From the NCBI GenBank assembly GCA_965249485.1, contig OZ252239.1:1408001-1472000 (forward strand): a stretch of 64,000 bases of DNA. The letters run 5' to 3'. The position numbers and the translations under genes are program-made. The DNA is from a bacterium (GTDB lineage: Bacteria > SM23-31). The notes under the pieces are model-generated. The model made no database searches, was not told where the DNA came from, and worked only from the letters and a program-made list of their open reading frames with translations. Below, in pieces: positions 51,149 to 62,081 of the stretch; positions within the stretch are counted from its first letter, which is position 1; each line of letters opens with the position of its first letter.

Positions 51149-52630
51149 ATGAAGTCACGCATTTTCATGAGTCGATCTTTTGTGTACTGGGTGGGTGCGA
51201 TGGCTATTGGGATTTATGTGTTTATCGGCTGTGCTCGGCAACGACAGCTTACGGCACCTGTTTTCATCACATTGAATGATGCGGAAAGGACTATTTCCAA
51301 TGAAGCAAGTATAGAACATCTTGAAGAAGTTGTCACATTTTTTGAAGATACCCTCGAAAGTATTTCTGCCCAGAATGAACCTGTCCTTTATTCTCGAGTC
51401 AAAAATAACATCGGAATTTCCTACAATATTTTATCAAAAAGAGGAAACACTGAAGATAATCTAATTAAAGCGGTCAATGCATTTGAAGACGCACTTCCTT
51501 ATAGATCGGTCGAAAAATATCCAATTGCTTATGGCATGACGAATAATTATCTAGGAGTTACGTATGCGGGATTATCTGAGATACGATATAAAGAAGAAAA
51601 TCTGACCAAGGCAATACTTCTCTATAATGAATCATTACAGGTTTTTTCACGTGAAAATTATCCACTAAATTACGCTTCCATCAAAAACAATCTTGGTGCT
51701 GCCTATGGGGATCTGGCAAAAGTGCGAGATATGGAAGAAAACCTGATATTAGCTATTGATGCTTATAATGAAGCGCTCTCTATACGGACAAAAAGTGAAT
51801 ATCCAAGAGCCTATGCAATTACGCAGAATAATCTCGGTACAGTGCACGTAGCATTTGCCAATTTACAGAATAAAGAAGCGAATCTAACACGCGCAATTGA
51901 AGCCTATGATGAGGCGCTTTCAATATCTACCAAAAATGAATATCCACTCGATTATGCAGCAACAAAGAACAATCTTGGAAATGCTTATGTTGAATTAGCG
52001 GATATTTCCAGAAAAGGGTATTATTTGGATTTAGCGGTAAATGCTTTCTATGAGGCTCTCAATATTTATGATGATGAAGAAATTATAGAAAATTATGCAC
52101 TAACCCTCAATAATCTCGGTGCCACGTTCAGTAATTTATCAGAAGTGCGTGATGCAGAAACAAATTTATTAAAAGCAATCAATGTATATGATACTTTGTT
52201 AGATATCTATACATTAGATGAATATCCATTGAAATATGCTTCTACGCATAACGATCTCGGTAATGCGTATGTAACTCTCTATGCGTTTTATACATCGAGA
52301 AGTGTGCGGGTCTTTGGATCATTTAATTATTCGAACAAAGTTGAAAGTTCTTTCTATATTAGTCGTGCAATTGATAGCTATCAGGATGCACTCAAAATCA
52401 GAACAAAAAACGAATATCCAGTTGATTATGCCTTCACCCAAAACAATCTCGGTACTGCATACAAGTATCTTGCAGATGTACAGTACAAAGAAGAAAATAT
52501 TACGAGCGCATTTCATGCTTATAAGGAAGCATTAGAGATCTTTACACTTGAAGATTATCCCACTTTTCATCAGGAGATTAATATTAATCTCGAAGAATTG
52601 ACACAACAAAATAAGTTCCAATTGAAATAA
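51149..52630 (+). CDS. TPR-repeat (lipo)protein
   Basis: About 8 repeats of ~47 aa, YPxxYAxxxNNLGxxYxxL...NLxxAIxAYxEAL; N-terminal hydrophobic stretch ending FIGC; start uncertain (51107, 51149 or 51167). Confidence 0.85.
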   Translation: MKSRIFMSRSFVYWVGAMAIGIYVFIGCARQRQLTAPVFITLNDAERTISNEASIEHLEEVVTFFEDTLESISAQNEPVLYSRVKNNIGISYNILSKRGNTEDNLIKAVNAFEDALPYRSVEKYPIAYGMTNNYLGVTYAGLSEIRYKEENLTKAILLYNESLQVFSRENYPLNYASIKNNLGAAYGDLAKVRDMEENLILAIDAYNEALSIRTKSEYPRAYAITQNNLGTVHVAFANLQNKEANLTRAIEAYDEALSISTKNEYPLDYAATKNNLGNAYVELADISRKGYYLDLAVNAFYEALNIYDDEEIIENYALTLNNLGATFSNLSEVRDAETNLLKAINVYDTLLDIYTLDEYPLKYASTHNDLGNAYVTLYAFYTSRSVRVFGSFNYSNKVESSFYISRAIDSYQDALKIRTKNEYPVDYAFTQNNLGTAYKYLADVQYKEENITSAFHAYKEALEIFTLEDYPTFHQEININLEELTQQNKFQLK

Positions 52631-52904
52631 AAACATTTGAAAAAGCGCTAAAAATATTCACAGAAGAGAAAAATATAATAAAAACATATATAGAAAACCT
52701 CGCGTGATCAGCATATGTCTGTACATACCAATGTATTTTAATCTGTTCGGATATAAATTGCAAAATGGTGTAGGTACCATTTCAACCTCTTGCAGTCTCA
52801 CAAACTCCGTATGACAAATAATTTTCTTGCAGAAAATTCAACGATTCCGTACGTTGTTAGTTCTCTCCTTTTAACATTTTCGAGATGTAGTGAGGTAATT
52901 ACTG

Positions 52905-54107
52905 ATGATTGCTCAACATGGCATTATTACACCATCAAAGCGTACAGATCAGGTTACATTTTCTGTAATGGATACCATTGCGAGAGGGCAGGAAGCTCAA
53001 AAACGGGGAGTCGATGTCCTCTATCTTCATATTGGTGATCCGTTAATGTTTGATTTTGACACGCCACCCCACATCATCGAAGCTGTTGAGCGTGCAATGA
53101 GAGATAGAAAAACCGGATACACTGTTTCACCGGGGATCGATGAGGCAATTGAAGCAGTTGAATATTCAGCCGAACAGCGTAAAATAAACTCTGTCAGAGA
53201 TATATTTATTACGAGCGGTGTGACCGAAGCAATAGAATTGTCGATTGCGGCACTGGTTAACGGCGGGGATAACGTTCTTGTGCCTAATCCTTGCTATCCG
53301 CTCTATAATTCAGCACTATACAGGCAGGGTGCGGAGCCGAATCCATATTATCTTGAAGAATCAGATAACTGGCAGCCTGATATTGACGACATACGGTCAA
53401 AGATTGATAAAAAGACACGTGGGATTGTACTAATTTATCCGAATAATCCGACGGGATCGCTCTACTCAAAAGAGACACTACTGAAAATAATTGATCTTGC
53501 TCTTGAACATAATTTGGTCATATTTAGCGATCAGATTTATGATATGCTTCTCTTTGATGATGCCGAACACCATTCGATCGCATCGCTTAATCCCGACGCT
53601 AGTGTCGTTACACTAAACGGTCTCTCAAAAGCCTATATCTCACCCGGTTTCAGACTTGGCTGGGGTATTGTAAGTGGACGGGAAACAGCAGTCAGGGGGT
53701 ATTGTGAAGCAATTGCAAAATTGTTGCGTGCCCGGCTGTGTGCAAACCATCCGGCACAGCATGCAATTAAGCCGGCGATCATGGGTGACCAGTCGCATAT
53801 TGCCGCAAATGTGCATAAACTTGAGCAACGTAGAGATATTACAACAAAAATGCTGAACAGTATTGAGGGTATCAGTTGTGTTTCTCCGGATGGAGCTTTT
53901 TATGCCCTTCCAAAGCTTGAGTTTGATGTAGATGATACAGAGTTTGTCCACCGGCTCATCGATGAAACCGGTGTGATAACACTTCCCGGATCGGGATTCG
54001 GACAGCGAGAGGGTACACACCATTTCAGAGTTGTGTTTTTAGCAAAGGACAACATCCTTGTAAAAGCATATGAGCGGATCGCCGATTTCACACGCCAGTT
54101 TGTATAA
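52905..54107 (+). CDS. Class I/II PLP aminotransferase, AlaA-like
   Basis: L.IGDP, PNNPTG, D.IY, NGLSK...PGFRLGW and PGSGFG...HFRVV motifs. Confidence 0.9.
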   Translation: MIAQHGIITPSKRTDQVTFSVMDTIARGQEAQKRGVDVLYLHIGDPLMFDFDTPPHIIEAVERAMRDRKTGYTVSPGIDEAIEAVEYSAEQRKINSVRDIFITSGVTEAIELSIAALVNGGDNVLVPNPCYPLYNSALYRQGAEPNPYYLEESDNWQPDIDDIRSKIDKKTRGIVLIYPNNPTGSLYSKETLLKIIDLALEHNLVIFSDQIYDMLLFDDAEHHSIASLNPDASVVTLNGLSKAYISPGFRLGWGIVSGRETAVRGYCEAIAKLLRARLCANHPAQHAIKPAIMGDQSHIAANVHKLEQRRDITTKMLNSIEGISCVSPDGAFYALPKLEFDVDDTEFVHRLIDETGVITLPGSGFGQREGTHHFRVVFLAKDNILVKAYERIADFTRQFV

Positions 54108-54183
54108 TTTGAATCAAAAACATAGATTTAGTGATAGATACATATTGTTTAAAAGGTAGTGAATCATAAGGAGGCGGTGAGTT

Positions 54184-55119
54184 ATGGCACAGATTTATGA
54201 CAGCATTCTCGACACTATCGGCAGGACACCTCTTGTGGGTGTTGATAGACTCATGGGTGATGCACCCGGAATAGTGGTCGCAAAGCTTGAATCATTCAAT
54301 CCGTGTTCAAGCGTAAAAGACAGAATTGGATTAGCAATGATCGATACTGCCGAGCGGGAAGGGCTGATAAACGAGAAATCCACAATAATTGAACCGACAT
54401 CAGGTAATACCGGAATCGCACTAGCGTTTGTCTGTGGAGTGAAAAAACTAGAGCTCATATTAACCATGCCGGAAAGCATGAGCATGGAGAGGAGAGCAAT
54501 TCTTCGTGCACTCGGTGCGAAACTAATTTTGACACCCGCTTCTGAGGGAATGAACGGTGCAATTAAAAGAGCAGAAAAAGAAGCGGAGAAAATTGGAAAT
54601 TCGTTTATTCCACAGCAGTTTAACAATATAGCGAATCCCGAAATTCACAGGAAAACAACAGCCGAAGAGATATGGAACGATACCGATGGCAAAGTCGATT
54701 TTCTCGTTTCGGGTGTCGGAACGGGCGGCACGATAACCGGCGTGTCAGAAGTTATCAAACAGCGGAAACCGGAGTTTAAAGCAATAGCCGTTGAACCGGC
54801 AAACTCACCGGTGATTTCAGGCGGATCGCACTCACCACACAAAATACAGGGTATCGGTGCAGGTTTTATCCCCAATAATTTAAATACAGATATCATTGAT
54901 GAAGTAATTCAGGTCAATGATGAACAGGCATTTACAACAGCGCGTAAATGTGCCCTGATCGAGGGTATTCCCGTCGGTATTTCCTCCGGCGCTGCGCTCT
55001 GGGCTGCACATGAAGTTGCTAAGCGGAAAGAGAATAAAGATAAACTCATTGTCACTATTATCCCGAGTTTTGGTGAGCGGTACCTTTCGACCGATTTATT
55101 CAAAGAATTTATATTTTAA
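54184..55119 (+). CDS. cysK: Cysteine synthase A
   Basis: SVKDRI, TSGNTG, GVGTGGT, HKIQGIG and GERYLST motifs. Confidence 0.97.
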   Translation: MAQIYDSILDTIGRTPLVGVDRLMGDAPGIVVAKLESFNPCSSVKDRIGLAMIDTAEREGLINEKSTIIEPTSGNTGIALAFVCGVKKLELILTMPESMSMERRAILRALGAKLILTPASEGMNGAIKRAEKEAEKIGNSFIPQQFNNIANPEIHRKTTAEEIWNDTDGKVDFLVSGVGTGGTITGVSEVIKQRKPEFKAIAVEPANSPVISGGSHSPHKIQGIGAGFIPNNLNTDIIDEVIQVNDEQAFTTARKCALIEGIPVGISSGAALWAAHEVAKRKENKDKLIVTIIPSFGERYLSTDLFKEFIF

Positions 55120-55195
55120 ATACGATTCTGAAGCAGAATATTGAGAAATTATTCAGATTTAGTATCGTTATACACCCGTTTCCAAGGGGATCAGT

Positions 55196-56131
55196 ATGGT
55201 TGATCAGTTGAAAAAAATGCACAAGCTGACGGAAAAGATCGTCAAAAGCTATGAAACTCATGGCGGTATCAACCGGATAGATGAAGGAAATCTGCCGTCA
55301 CGAGAGAATGTGTTTGGCATTCTGAACGACCTGTTTATTCTGTTGTTTCCCGGTTATTTCGGAAACCAGCAGCTCAATCAGGAGAATATTCATTTTTTCG
55401 TAAATGGCTTGGTCGATTCTCTTTACGTCCGATTGAAGGACGAAATTGAACGTGCGCTTGTCAACGACAACCGGAGACAGGGAAAAGACTGTATTGACTG
55501 CGACGTTGAGGCACGTACGATTACGGAAAATATTTTGCAAGCAATTCCCGATATTCGGAAACGGTTAAAAATGGATGTTAAAGCTGCTTACGAAGGTGAT
55601 CCGGCGGCAAAAAATTACGATGAAATTATCAGTTGTTATCCGGGAGTTGAAGCGATTACGACATACAGGATTGCGCATGAGTTGTTCAAACATTCCGTAC
55701 CGCTGATTCCAAGAATGATAACGGAGAACGCTCACGAGCGGACCGGGATTGACATCCATCCCGGAGCAAATATCGGCGATTTTTTCTTTATCGACCACGG
55801 TACCGGTGTTGTGATCGGTGAAACGACTCGTATCGGGAAGTCTGTTAAAATATATCAAGGTGTCACGCTCGGTGCACTCAGTTTTCGTAAAGATAAAGAG
55901 GGCAACATCGTCAAGGGTGGAAAACGTCATCCGACCATTGCCGATAATGTAGTAATTTACTCAGGTGCTACTATTCTCGGAGGAGATACGGTAATTGGGA
56001 ATGGTGCAGTGATCGGTGCAAACACATGGATTGTAAACTCAGTGCCGCCGGGTACTGTTGTGACTATCACTGTTAACCAGGAAGCAAAAGAAAAACTCTC
56101 ACAAACGAATGCCTATTCTTACGATATTTAG
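55196..56131 (+). CDS. cysE: Serine O-acetyltransferase
   Basis: GDPAA, TGIDIHPGA, IDHGTGVVIGET, YQGVTLG and KRHPT motifs. Confidence 0.95.
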   Translation: MVDQLKKMHKLTEKIVKSYETHGGINRIDEGNLPSRENVFGILNDLFILLFPGYFGNQQLNQENIHFFVNGLVDSLYVRLKDEIERALVNDNRRQGKDCIDCDVEARTITENILQAIPDIRKRLKMDVKAAYEGDPAAKNYDEIISCYPGVEAITTYRIAHELFKHSVPLIPRMITENAHERTGIDIHPGANIGDFFFIDHGTGVVIGETTRIGKSVKIYQGVTLGALSFRKDKEGNIVKGGKRHPTIADNVVIYSGATILGGDTVIGNGAVIGANTWIVNSVPPGTVVTITVNQEAKEKLSQTNAYSYDI

Positions 56132-56270
56132 TTTGTGAGCAGTGAATAATTTCAGTTTGGTGGATTGACTTGTCCAAATGCTTTGTTGACTGTAGTAATT
56201 CTCCCGTTTTAAGTGGTTCAATTATATGATCTTCGCGAACCGGACAGCCGCAAACCAATAGGAAAAATAA

Positions 56271-56711
56271 ATGAAACAAAAATATAGTCTTTTTCTCATT
56301 GTATTATTCGGATTAGGGATTCTATCCTGCGGCAATACAGAACAGGTTTCTGAAACAGCAGTGCTCCACGATGTAACTGTTCAGGAAGTGTGTGCAATGA
56401 TAAATGCCAATCCCGATCTGCTGCTTCTCGATGTCAGATCTCAGCAGGAGTATTCCGGTGAATTGGGACATCTGAAAAATGCTCTGCTGATTCCGGTGAA
56501 TGAACTTGAATCAAGACTCTCAGAGATCAAGGACTATAAAAGTAGTGATATTGTTGTCTACTGTCGGTCCGGCGGCAGAAGTGCACGGGCAGGGATTCTG
56601 CTCGCATCGCAGGGATTTACCAGCGTCTCAAATATGCTTGGAGGTATGCGTGGATGGAATAGTGCTTCATTCGAAGATCTTCCCTGTAAAGAGCTGCTGC
56701 TTGAAAAGTAG
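56271..56711 (+). CDS. Rhodanese-domain lipoprotein
   Basis: Lipobox ILSC; LDVR...EY..GH, YCRSGGRS and GGMRGW motifs. Confidence 0.92.
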   Translation: MKQKYSLFLIVLFGLGILSCGNTEQVSETAVLHDVTVQEVCAMINANPDLLLLDVRSQQEYSGELGHLKNALLIPVNELESRLSEIKDYKSSDIVVYCRSGGRSARAGILLASQGFTSVSNMLGGMRGWNSASFEDLPCKELLLEK

Positions 56712-56755
56712 TATAATCTTCTCTCAATCAAAATATCAATCCTAAGAATACTTCT

Positions 56756-57956
56756 ATGAAATGGCGTGTCCTTATTATTCTGTCTTTTGCTGAGCTATTA
56801 GGCATGGCAGTCTGGTTTTCAGCTACGGCGGTTGTCCCTTCACTGACAACTGAATGGCAATTAACGGAAGCAGGCAGATCATGGCTCACGATGTCCGTGC
56901 AGGCGGGATTTGTATTCGGGACGCTGCTCAGTGCTTTCCTTCAATCTTTCTGATATTTTTAATGCGCACCATGTGTTTTCTGCAAGTGCACTTCTCTGTG
57001 CTTTGAGCAACGGTGCAATCGGTTTGTTTTCGGACACCATCGAATTTGCCCTCGTATTTCGCTTTCTCACCGGAATATTCCTCGCTGGAGTCTATCCTCC
57101 CGGAATGAAAATAATGGCTACCTGGTTTGAAAAAGGGAGAGGAATGGCGATTGGTGTCCTAGTCGGTGCTTTGACGGTCGGATCGGCTTCACCGCATCTG
57201 ATCAAACTATTCGGTAATCCGGGCTGGCGCGATCTAATGCATACTGCATCTCTATCGTCATTGGCGGCGGCATTGCTGTGCCTGCTCTTTGTAAAAGACG
57301 GCCCATATCTGAAAAAAAGTGCACAATTCGACTGGCGTTATACCGGGAAAATTTTTCGAGACCGTGGGATGCGGCTTGCGAATTTCGGATATCTTGGACA
57401 TATGTGGGAGCTGTACGCAGTATGGGCGTGGATTCCGGTATTTCTGCTGGAAAGTTTTACGTTGTCCGGTATTGAACAAGCCCGTCCGTGGGCTGCATTT
57501 ATGACATTTTCCGTCATCGGAGTCGGTGGTATTGGCAGTGTCATAGCCGGGGTCTATGCCGACAAGTATGGCCGCACAACAATCACAATCATTTCGATGG
57601 TGATAAGTGGTGTGTGTTGTTTAATTGTGGGATTTTTGTTTGGAGGTTCACCGTATGTATTGTCTGCCGTCTGTCTTGTCTGGGGCTTGACAATCGTTGC
57701 AGATTCGGCGCAGTTTTCTGCTGCAATTTCGGAGTTGGCAGATTCGGCGTATGTCGGAACAGCACTGACACTTCAAACATGCCTCGGATTTCTTCTCACT
57801 TTGCTATCGATCCGTATTGTTCCGATTCTCTCAAATGAATTTACCTGGAAATGGGCCTTCGCTTTTCTCGCTATCGGACCTCTATTCGGTATACTCGCAA
57901 TGTACCGGCTAAAGCAACTCCCTGATGCCCGCAAAATTGGCGGTGAGAGCACATAA
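56756..57956 (+). CDS. MFS transporter, frameshifted by one extra base near 56938
   Basis: ORF 56756..56953 (WFSATAV) joins the 56910..57956 frame at SAF|FNLSD; GVYPPGMK, GHMWELYA and ADSAQFS motifs. Confidence 0.88.
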
Positions 57957-58032
57957 AAGCATTACTTAATTCTCGCTAAACTGCTCCTGAAAGGCATCGG
58001 GACTACACTTATAACGACAATTAAATTAATTC

Positions 58033-58114
58033 CTAGTCTTCCTCAGAGTGCCGCTTGAGCTTATCGATGACGGATGGATCGGCGAGGGTGCTTGTATTCC
58101 AGAGAATTCGTCCA
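58033..58114 (-). repeat. Diverged direct repeat of the last 82 bp of acs (59589..59670)
   Basis: Ungapped manual alignment 71/82 identical; translates [26 protein letters not shown] versus acs [26 protein letters not shown]. Confidence 0.95.
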
Positions 58115-58216
58115 GAACATTATTTGCTATTCCTAAAAGATTATGAGTTCAGAATTAATAATCGATCTCATCAAATTTCAATAGTATTGAAATCGGATTA
58201 CCGTTTGGGAAGGGTA

Positions 58217-59533
58217 TTATGTTAACTGAAAAGTTTTTTTGACTACCAATCGGATAAGCAACACAACAGCAATTACGTTAACGATTACAGTGAATGCATT
58301 AAGCAAATCTCCGACGCTCCATAATGTTTCGGCATCAATGAACCCAAATATAATCGCTCCGCAGAATATCCAACGAAATGTTTTTCTGGCATGTGCTCCC
58401 CAGACAAAAGCAAAGCATTGTTCTCCGTAAAAACACCAGGTGATGAGCGTAGTAAATCCAAAGAGGAAAGCAGAAAATAAAATGACTATATTGCCATAGG
58501 TTCCGAAAAATGTTGAAAATGCAGCAATGGTAAGTGCAGTGCTTGTTTCTCCGGACGACCAAACCCCGGTAATGAGAATAATAAACGCAGTCAATGTCAT
58601 CACGAAGGTATCAATTGCTACTCCAAACATACCGATAAGACTTTGTTTGTATGGGTTTCCCTCTTGTGCAGTGCTAAACATAATCGGAGAACTCCCTGTA
58701 CCTGCTTCATTTGAATAAAATCCTCTGCCAACGCCATATCGTATTGCCATTAATACCGATGCTCCAGCAAATCCACCTGTCGCCCCGGCTGGGGTAAACG
58801 CCTTTGTAATAATCATGTGTAACATGTCAATGACTTCATTGCTGTGTGCAATGACGATTGTAGTTCCAGTCACAAAATACAGTATTACCATGAACGGGGT
58901 AAGCTTTTCGAGTGTTCGTGCAATTGATGAAAGCCCGCCCACTGTAACAATCCATGTTAGTAGTGCTAATGCAACACAGAGATAGGGCATTGGAATATTA
59001 AATGTCGAATTAATTGCAAGTGATATGGAATTTGATTGAATGGTAGCAGTTGCCATGATTGTTTTAAATCCCATTGCCAGTGCAAATGTAATAGCCAGCC
59101 ACCGAATTTTTAGCACTTTGTCGATATAATACATGGGGCCACCGGAAAAGGTGCCATCACCGGCTTTTTCCCGGTAGAGGAGTGCAAGCATTGTTTCTGC
59201 ATAGGCTATGACCATGGCAATAATTGTTGCAATCCATAACCAGAAAAGTGCACCAGGTCCGCCAACAGCAATTGCAGTTGCTACACCTGCAATATTTCCA
59301 TTCCCTATAATTCCACCAAGAGCGGAAAAAAGCGATTGCAATGGGGTAATATTACCTTCTCCCGATGCTGTTCTATATGTGTATGCCAGCTTTCCTGAGG
59401 AGAAAAATTGCTTAAACTGCAGCCCTTTTAAGCGAATGGTAAAATAAGCACCGACCAATGTTAAAAAAATTAACATTGGCGGACCCCAGAGCCATGTTGC
59501 CGTATCCCGAATTATGTTTCCGATGTTAAGCAT
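58217..59533 (-). CDS. Sodium:alanine/glycine symporter (AGCS family)
   Basis: G.GNIAGVATAI..GGPGALFW.W, GGPMYYI, QSNS and RGFYSNEAG.GS motifs. Confidence 0.95.
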   Translation of the reverse strand: MLNIGNIIRDTATWLWGPPMLIFLTLVGAYFTIRLKGLQFKQFFSSGKLAYTYRTASGEGNITPLQSLFSALGGIIGNGNIAGVATAIAVGGPGALFWLWIATIIAMVIAYAETMLALLYREKAGDGTFSGGPMYYIDKVLKIRWLAITFALAMGFKTIMATATIQSNSISLAINSTFNIPMPYLCVALALLTWIVTVGGLSSIARTLEKLTPFMVILYFVTGTTIVIAHSNEVIDMLHMIITKAFTPAGATGGFAGASVLMAIRYGVGRGFYSNEAGTGSSPIMFSTAQEGNPYKQSLIGMFGVAIDTFVMTLTAFIILITGVWSSGETSTALTIAAFSTFFGTYGNIVILFSAFLFGFTTLITWCFYGEQCFAFVWGAHARKTFRWIFCGAIIFGFIDAETLWSVGDLLNAFTVIVNVIAVVLLIRLVVKKTFQLT

Positions 59534-59588
59534 TGTGTCGCTATGCTCAATTATTTTGAAAGCTTTGAAATAAAAGTTTTATGCTTTC

Positions 59589-61553
59589 TTAATCTTCCTC
59601 ATAATGCCGCTTGAGTTTGTCGATGACGGATGGATCGGCGAGGGTACTTGTATCCCCGAGAACTCGCCCATCGGCAATGTCTTTCAATAACCGCCGCATG
59701 ATTTTCCCGCTTCGTGTTTTCGGCAGGTCTGCTGAGAAAATTATCTTTTCCGGACGCGCGATAGCACCGATCTTCCGGACAACATGTTCTTTAAGTGCCT
59801 TCTCTTTATTTTTGTCCTGCTCGACGCCTTCTTTCAGTGTCACAAACGCGGCGATTGACTGCCCTTTGATTTCGTGAAAGATTCCGACTGCCGCTGACTC
59901 GGCAACGTCTGGATGATCGACGAATGCGCTTTCGATTTCCATAGTGCTGATGCGGTGTCCCGCAACATTAATCACATCGTCAACCCGTCCGAGTATCCAG
60001 ATATATCCGTCTTCATCCCGTTTGGCGCCGTCTCCGGTAAAATAATATTTGCCGTCGAATTTTTTCCAATATGTATCGTAGTACCGCTCCGGATCACCGT
60101 AGATGGTCCTGATCATTGAAGGCCAGGGCTTGGTGATCGCAAGAAATCCGCCGCCCACCGGTATAGAGTTTCCCTCTTTATCGAGTATGTCAGCTGATAT
60201 GCCGGGCAGCGGAATTGTTGCTGATCCAGGTTTTGTATGTGTCAGACCGGGGAGCGGCGATATGAGTATGCTCCCGGTTTCAGTCTGCCACCACGTATCG
60301 ACGATCGGACAACTCTCGCCGCCAATGTGTTTATGATACCACATCCATGCTTCGGGATTGATCGGCTCACCCACAGTACCGAGAAGACGAAGCGAGGAGA
60401 GGTTGTGTTTCCGCGGCCAATCTTCTCCCCAGCGCATGAACGCCCTGATCGCCGTTGGTGCAGTATAAAAAATTGTAACCCCAAATTCTTCGATGATTGA
60501 CCAAAATCTATCACGGTCCGGCCAGTCCGGCGAACCTTCGTACATCACCAAGGTTGCAGCGTTGGCAAGCGGGCCGTAGGCAATATAACTGTGCCCGGTC
60601 ACCCAGCCGATATCGGCGCTGCACCAGAACACATCTTCCTCTTTCATGTCGAATACATTCTTTGTTGTTGTAGTGACACCGGTCATATACCCGCCGGTTG
60701 TATGGACAATCCCTTTCGGTTTGCCGGTCGTTCCCGATGTGTAGAGGATAAACAGCATGTCTTCGGCGTCCATGTGTTCAGGCTCGCAGTATAGATCGGC
60801 TTCCTGCATGAGCCGGTGATACCAGTGATCGCGTCCTTCCTTGACCCGGAGCATAAAGTCACCCCGCTTCACGATAACAACATGTTCGATTGAGGGCGTA
60901 TTGGCAAGTGCGACATCGGCATCGTGCTTGAGCGGAATAATTCCGCCCCGCCGGTAGCCCCCATCGGCAGTTATGAGAAGTTTCGCCTGTGCATCATTGA
61001 TCCGTTCTTTTAATGCTTCGGGGCTGAAACCAGCAAACACAACCGAATGGACAGCACCGATGCGGGCACATGCCAGCATCGAAATGACAAGCTCGGGTAT
61101 CATCGGAAGGTAAATTGCTACCCTGTCGCCCTTCTGAATACCGAGGTTTTTCAGGGCATTTGCAAATTTGTTAACTTCCCGGTAGAGGTCCCAATACGTC
61201 ATGGTCCGCTTATCTCCGGGTTCACCTTCCCAGATGATTGCTGCTTTGTTCCGGTGGCCGTTCTTAATATGCCGGTCGACACAGTTATAGCTAGCATTGA
61301 GTTTTCCTCCTGAAAACCACTTCACATTCGGTGGATCCCATTCAAGAACGGTGTCCCACTTTTTGAACCAGTCGAGATTTTCGGCACATTTCGCCCAGAA
61401 CGTCTCCGGATCGGCTTCTGCTTCTTTATACAGTATTGGATCGTTTATTACTGCGTTGTCGACAAAATCTTTCGACGGTTCGAAGATCCGTTCTTCTTCA
61501 AGAAGAACATCGATAGTCTGCTCGTTGGGTAGCTTATCTTTTTTTTGTGTCAT
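59589..61553 (-). CDS. acs: Acetyl-CoA synthetase (AMP-forming)
   Basis: [33 protein letters not shown] and [11 protein letters not shown] motifs; ATG at 61553. Confidence 0.97.
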   Translation of the reverse strand: MTQKKDKLPNEQTIDVLLEEERIFEPSKDFVDNAVINDPILYKEAEADPETFWAKCAENLDWFKKWDTVLEWDPPNVKWFSGGKLNASYNCVDRHIKNGHRNKAAIIWEGEPGDKRTMTYWDLYREVNKFANALKNLGIQKGDRVAIYLPMIPELVISMLACARIGAVHSVVFAGFSPEALKERINDAQAKLLITADGGYRRGGIIPLKHDADVALANTPSIEHVVIVKRGDFMLRVKEGRDHWYHRLMQEADLYCEPEHMDAEDMLFILYTSGTTGKPKGIVHTTGGYMTGVTTTTKNVFDMKEEDVFWCSADIGWVTGHSYIAYGPLANAATLVMYEGSPDWPDRDRFWSIIEEFGVTIFYTAPTAIRAFMRWGEDWPRKHNLSSLRLLGTVGEPINPEAWMWYHKHIGGESCPIVDTWWQTETGSILISPLPGLTHTKPGSATIPLPGISADILDKEGNSIPVGGGFLAITKPWPSMIRTIYGDPERYYDTYWKKFDGKYYFTGDGAKRDEDGYIWILGRVDDVINVAGHRISTMEIESAFVDHPDVAESAAVGIFHEIKGQSIAAFVTLKEGVEQDKNKEKALKEHVVRKIGAIARPEKIIFSADLPKTRSGKIMRRLLKDIADGRVLGDTSTLADPSVIDKLKRHYEED

Positions 61554-61811
61554 AAAAAATATCCTTCCGGAAAACAGGCACAAAAATCCCTTTTGAACGT
61601 TTCCGGCGACGGAAACAAACCAACGGGTAATGCCTTATGTTTGAAGGTAATTGTTCTCAAAGAAGAAGCATCGGCTGAAGAAATGAGCATAAAAGATCCG
61701 GATCGGTCAAGAAAATCTCCTGATGAATATAAATATTTTTTGCCGTATGCCAAAGAAAATTTTAATTACAGCAGGAAATAGAATTTTGTTCATTGTTGAG
61801 CGAAAAAACAG

Positions 61812-61839
61812 TTGCCTTTTTCGTTCTAAGGTGTATATT
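61812..61839 (+). promoter_or_regulatory. Possible sigma70 promoter for the transketolase gene
   Basis: TTGCCT-N16-TATATT. Confidence 0.35.
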
Positions 61840-62081
61840 CTTGGAGCATTTCTTTGCTAATTAAACAAGCAGTGCATATATTGAAACATTCAATCAATTT
61901 TCAACCTTCCGCTTGTCTTATTCTTCCGGGACCCCGGTGATTTGTAATGACGATCACTCAGGCAGTAGTAGTGTGAGAAAACCGCTTGGTATTCAGCAAG
62001 GCGCGCGTTGAATATTTTGTACACTTTGTTAATTGAAAAATTTCGAAATTTTTTTGAACCTTTTGAACAGGAGTTACTGCC

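Noticed and set aside
61550..61753. 67-aa ORF overlapping the acs start (ATGA) as a leader peptide
   Set aside because: No clear RBS, no recognisable composition or motif; likely chance
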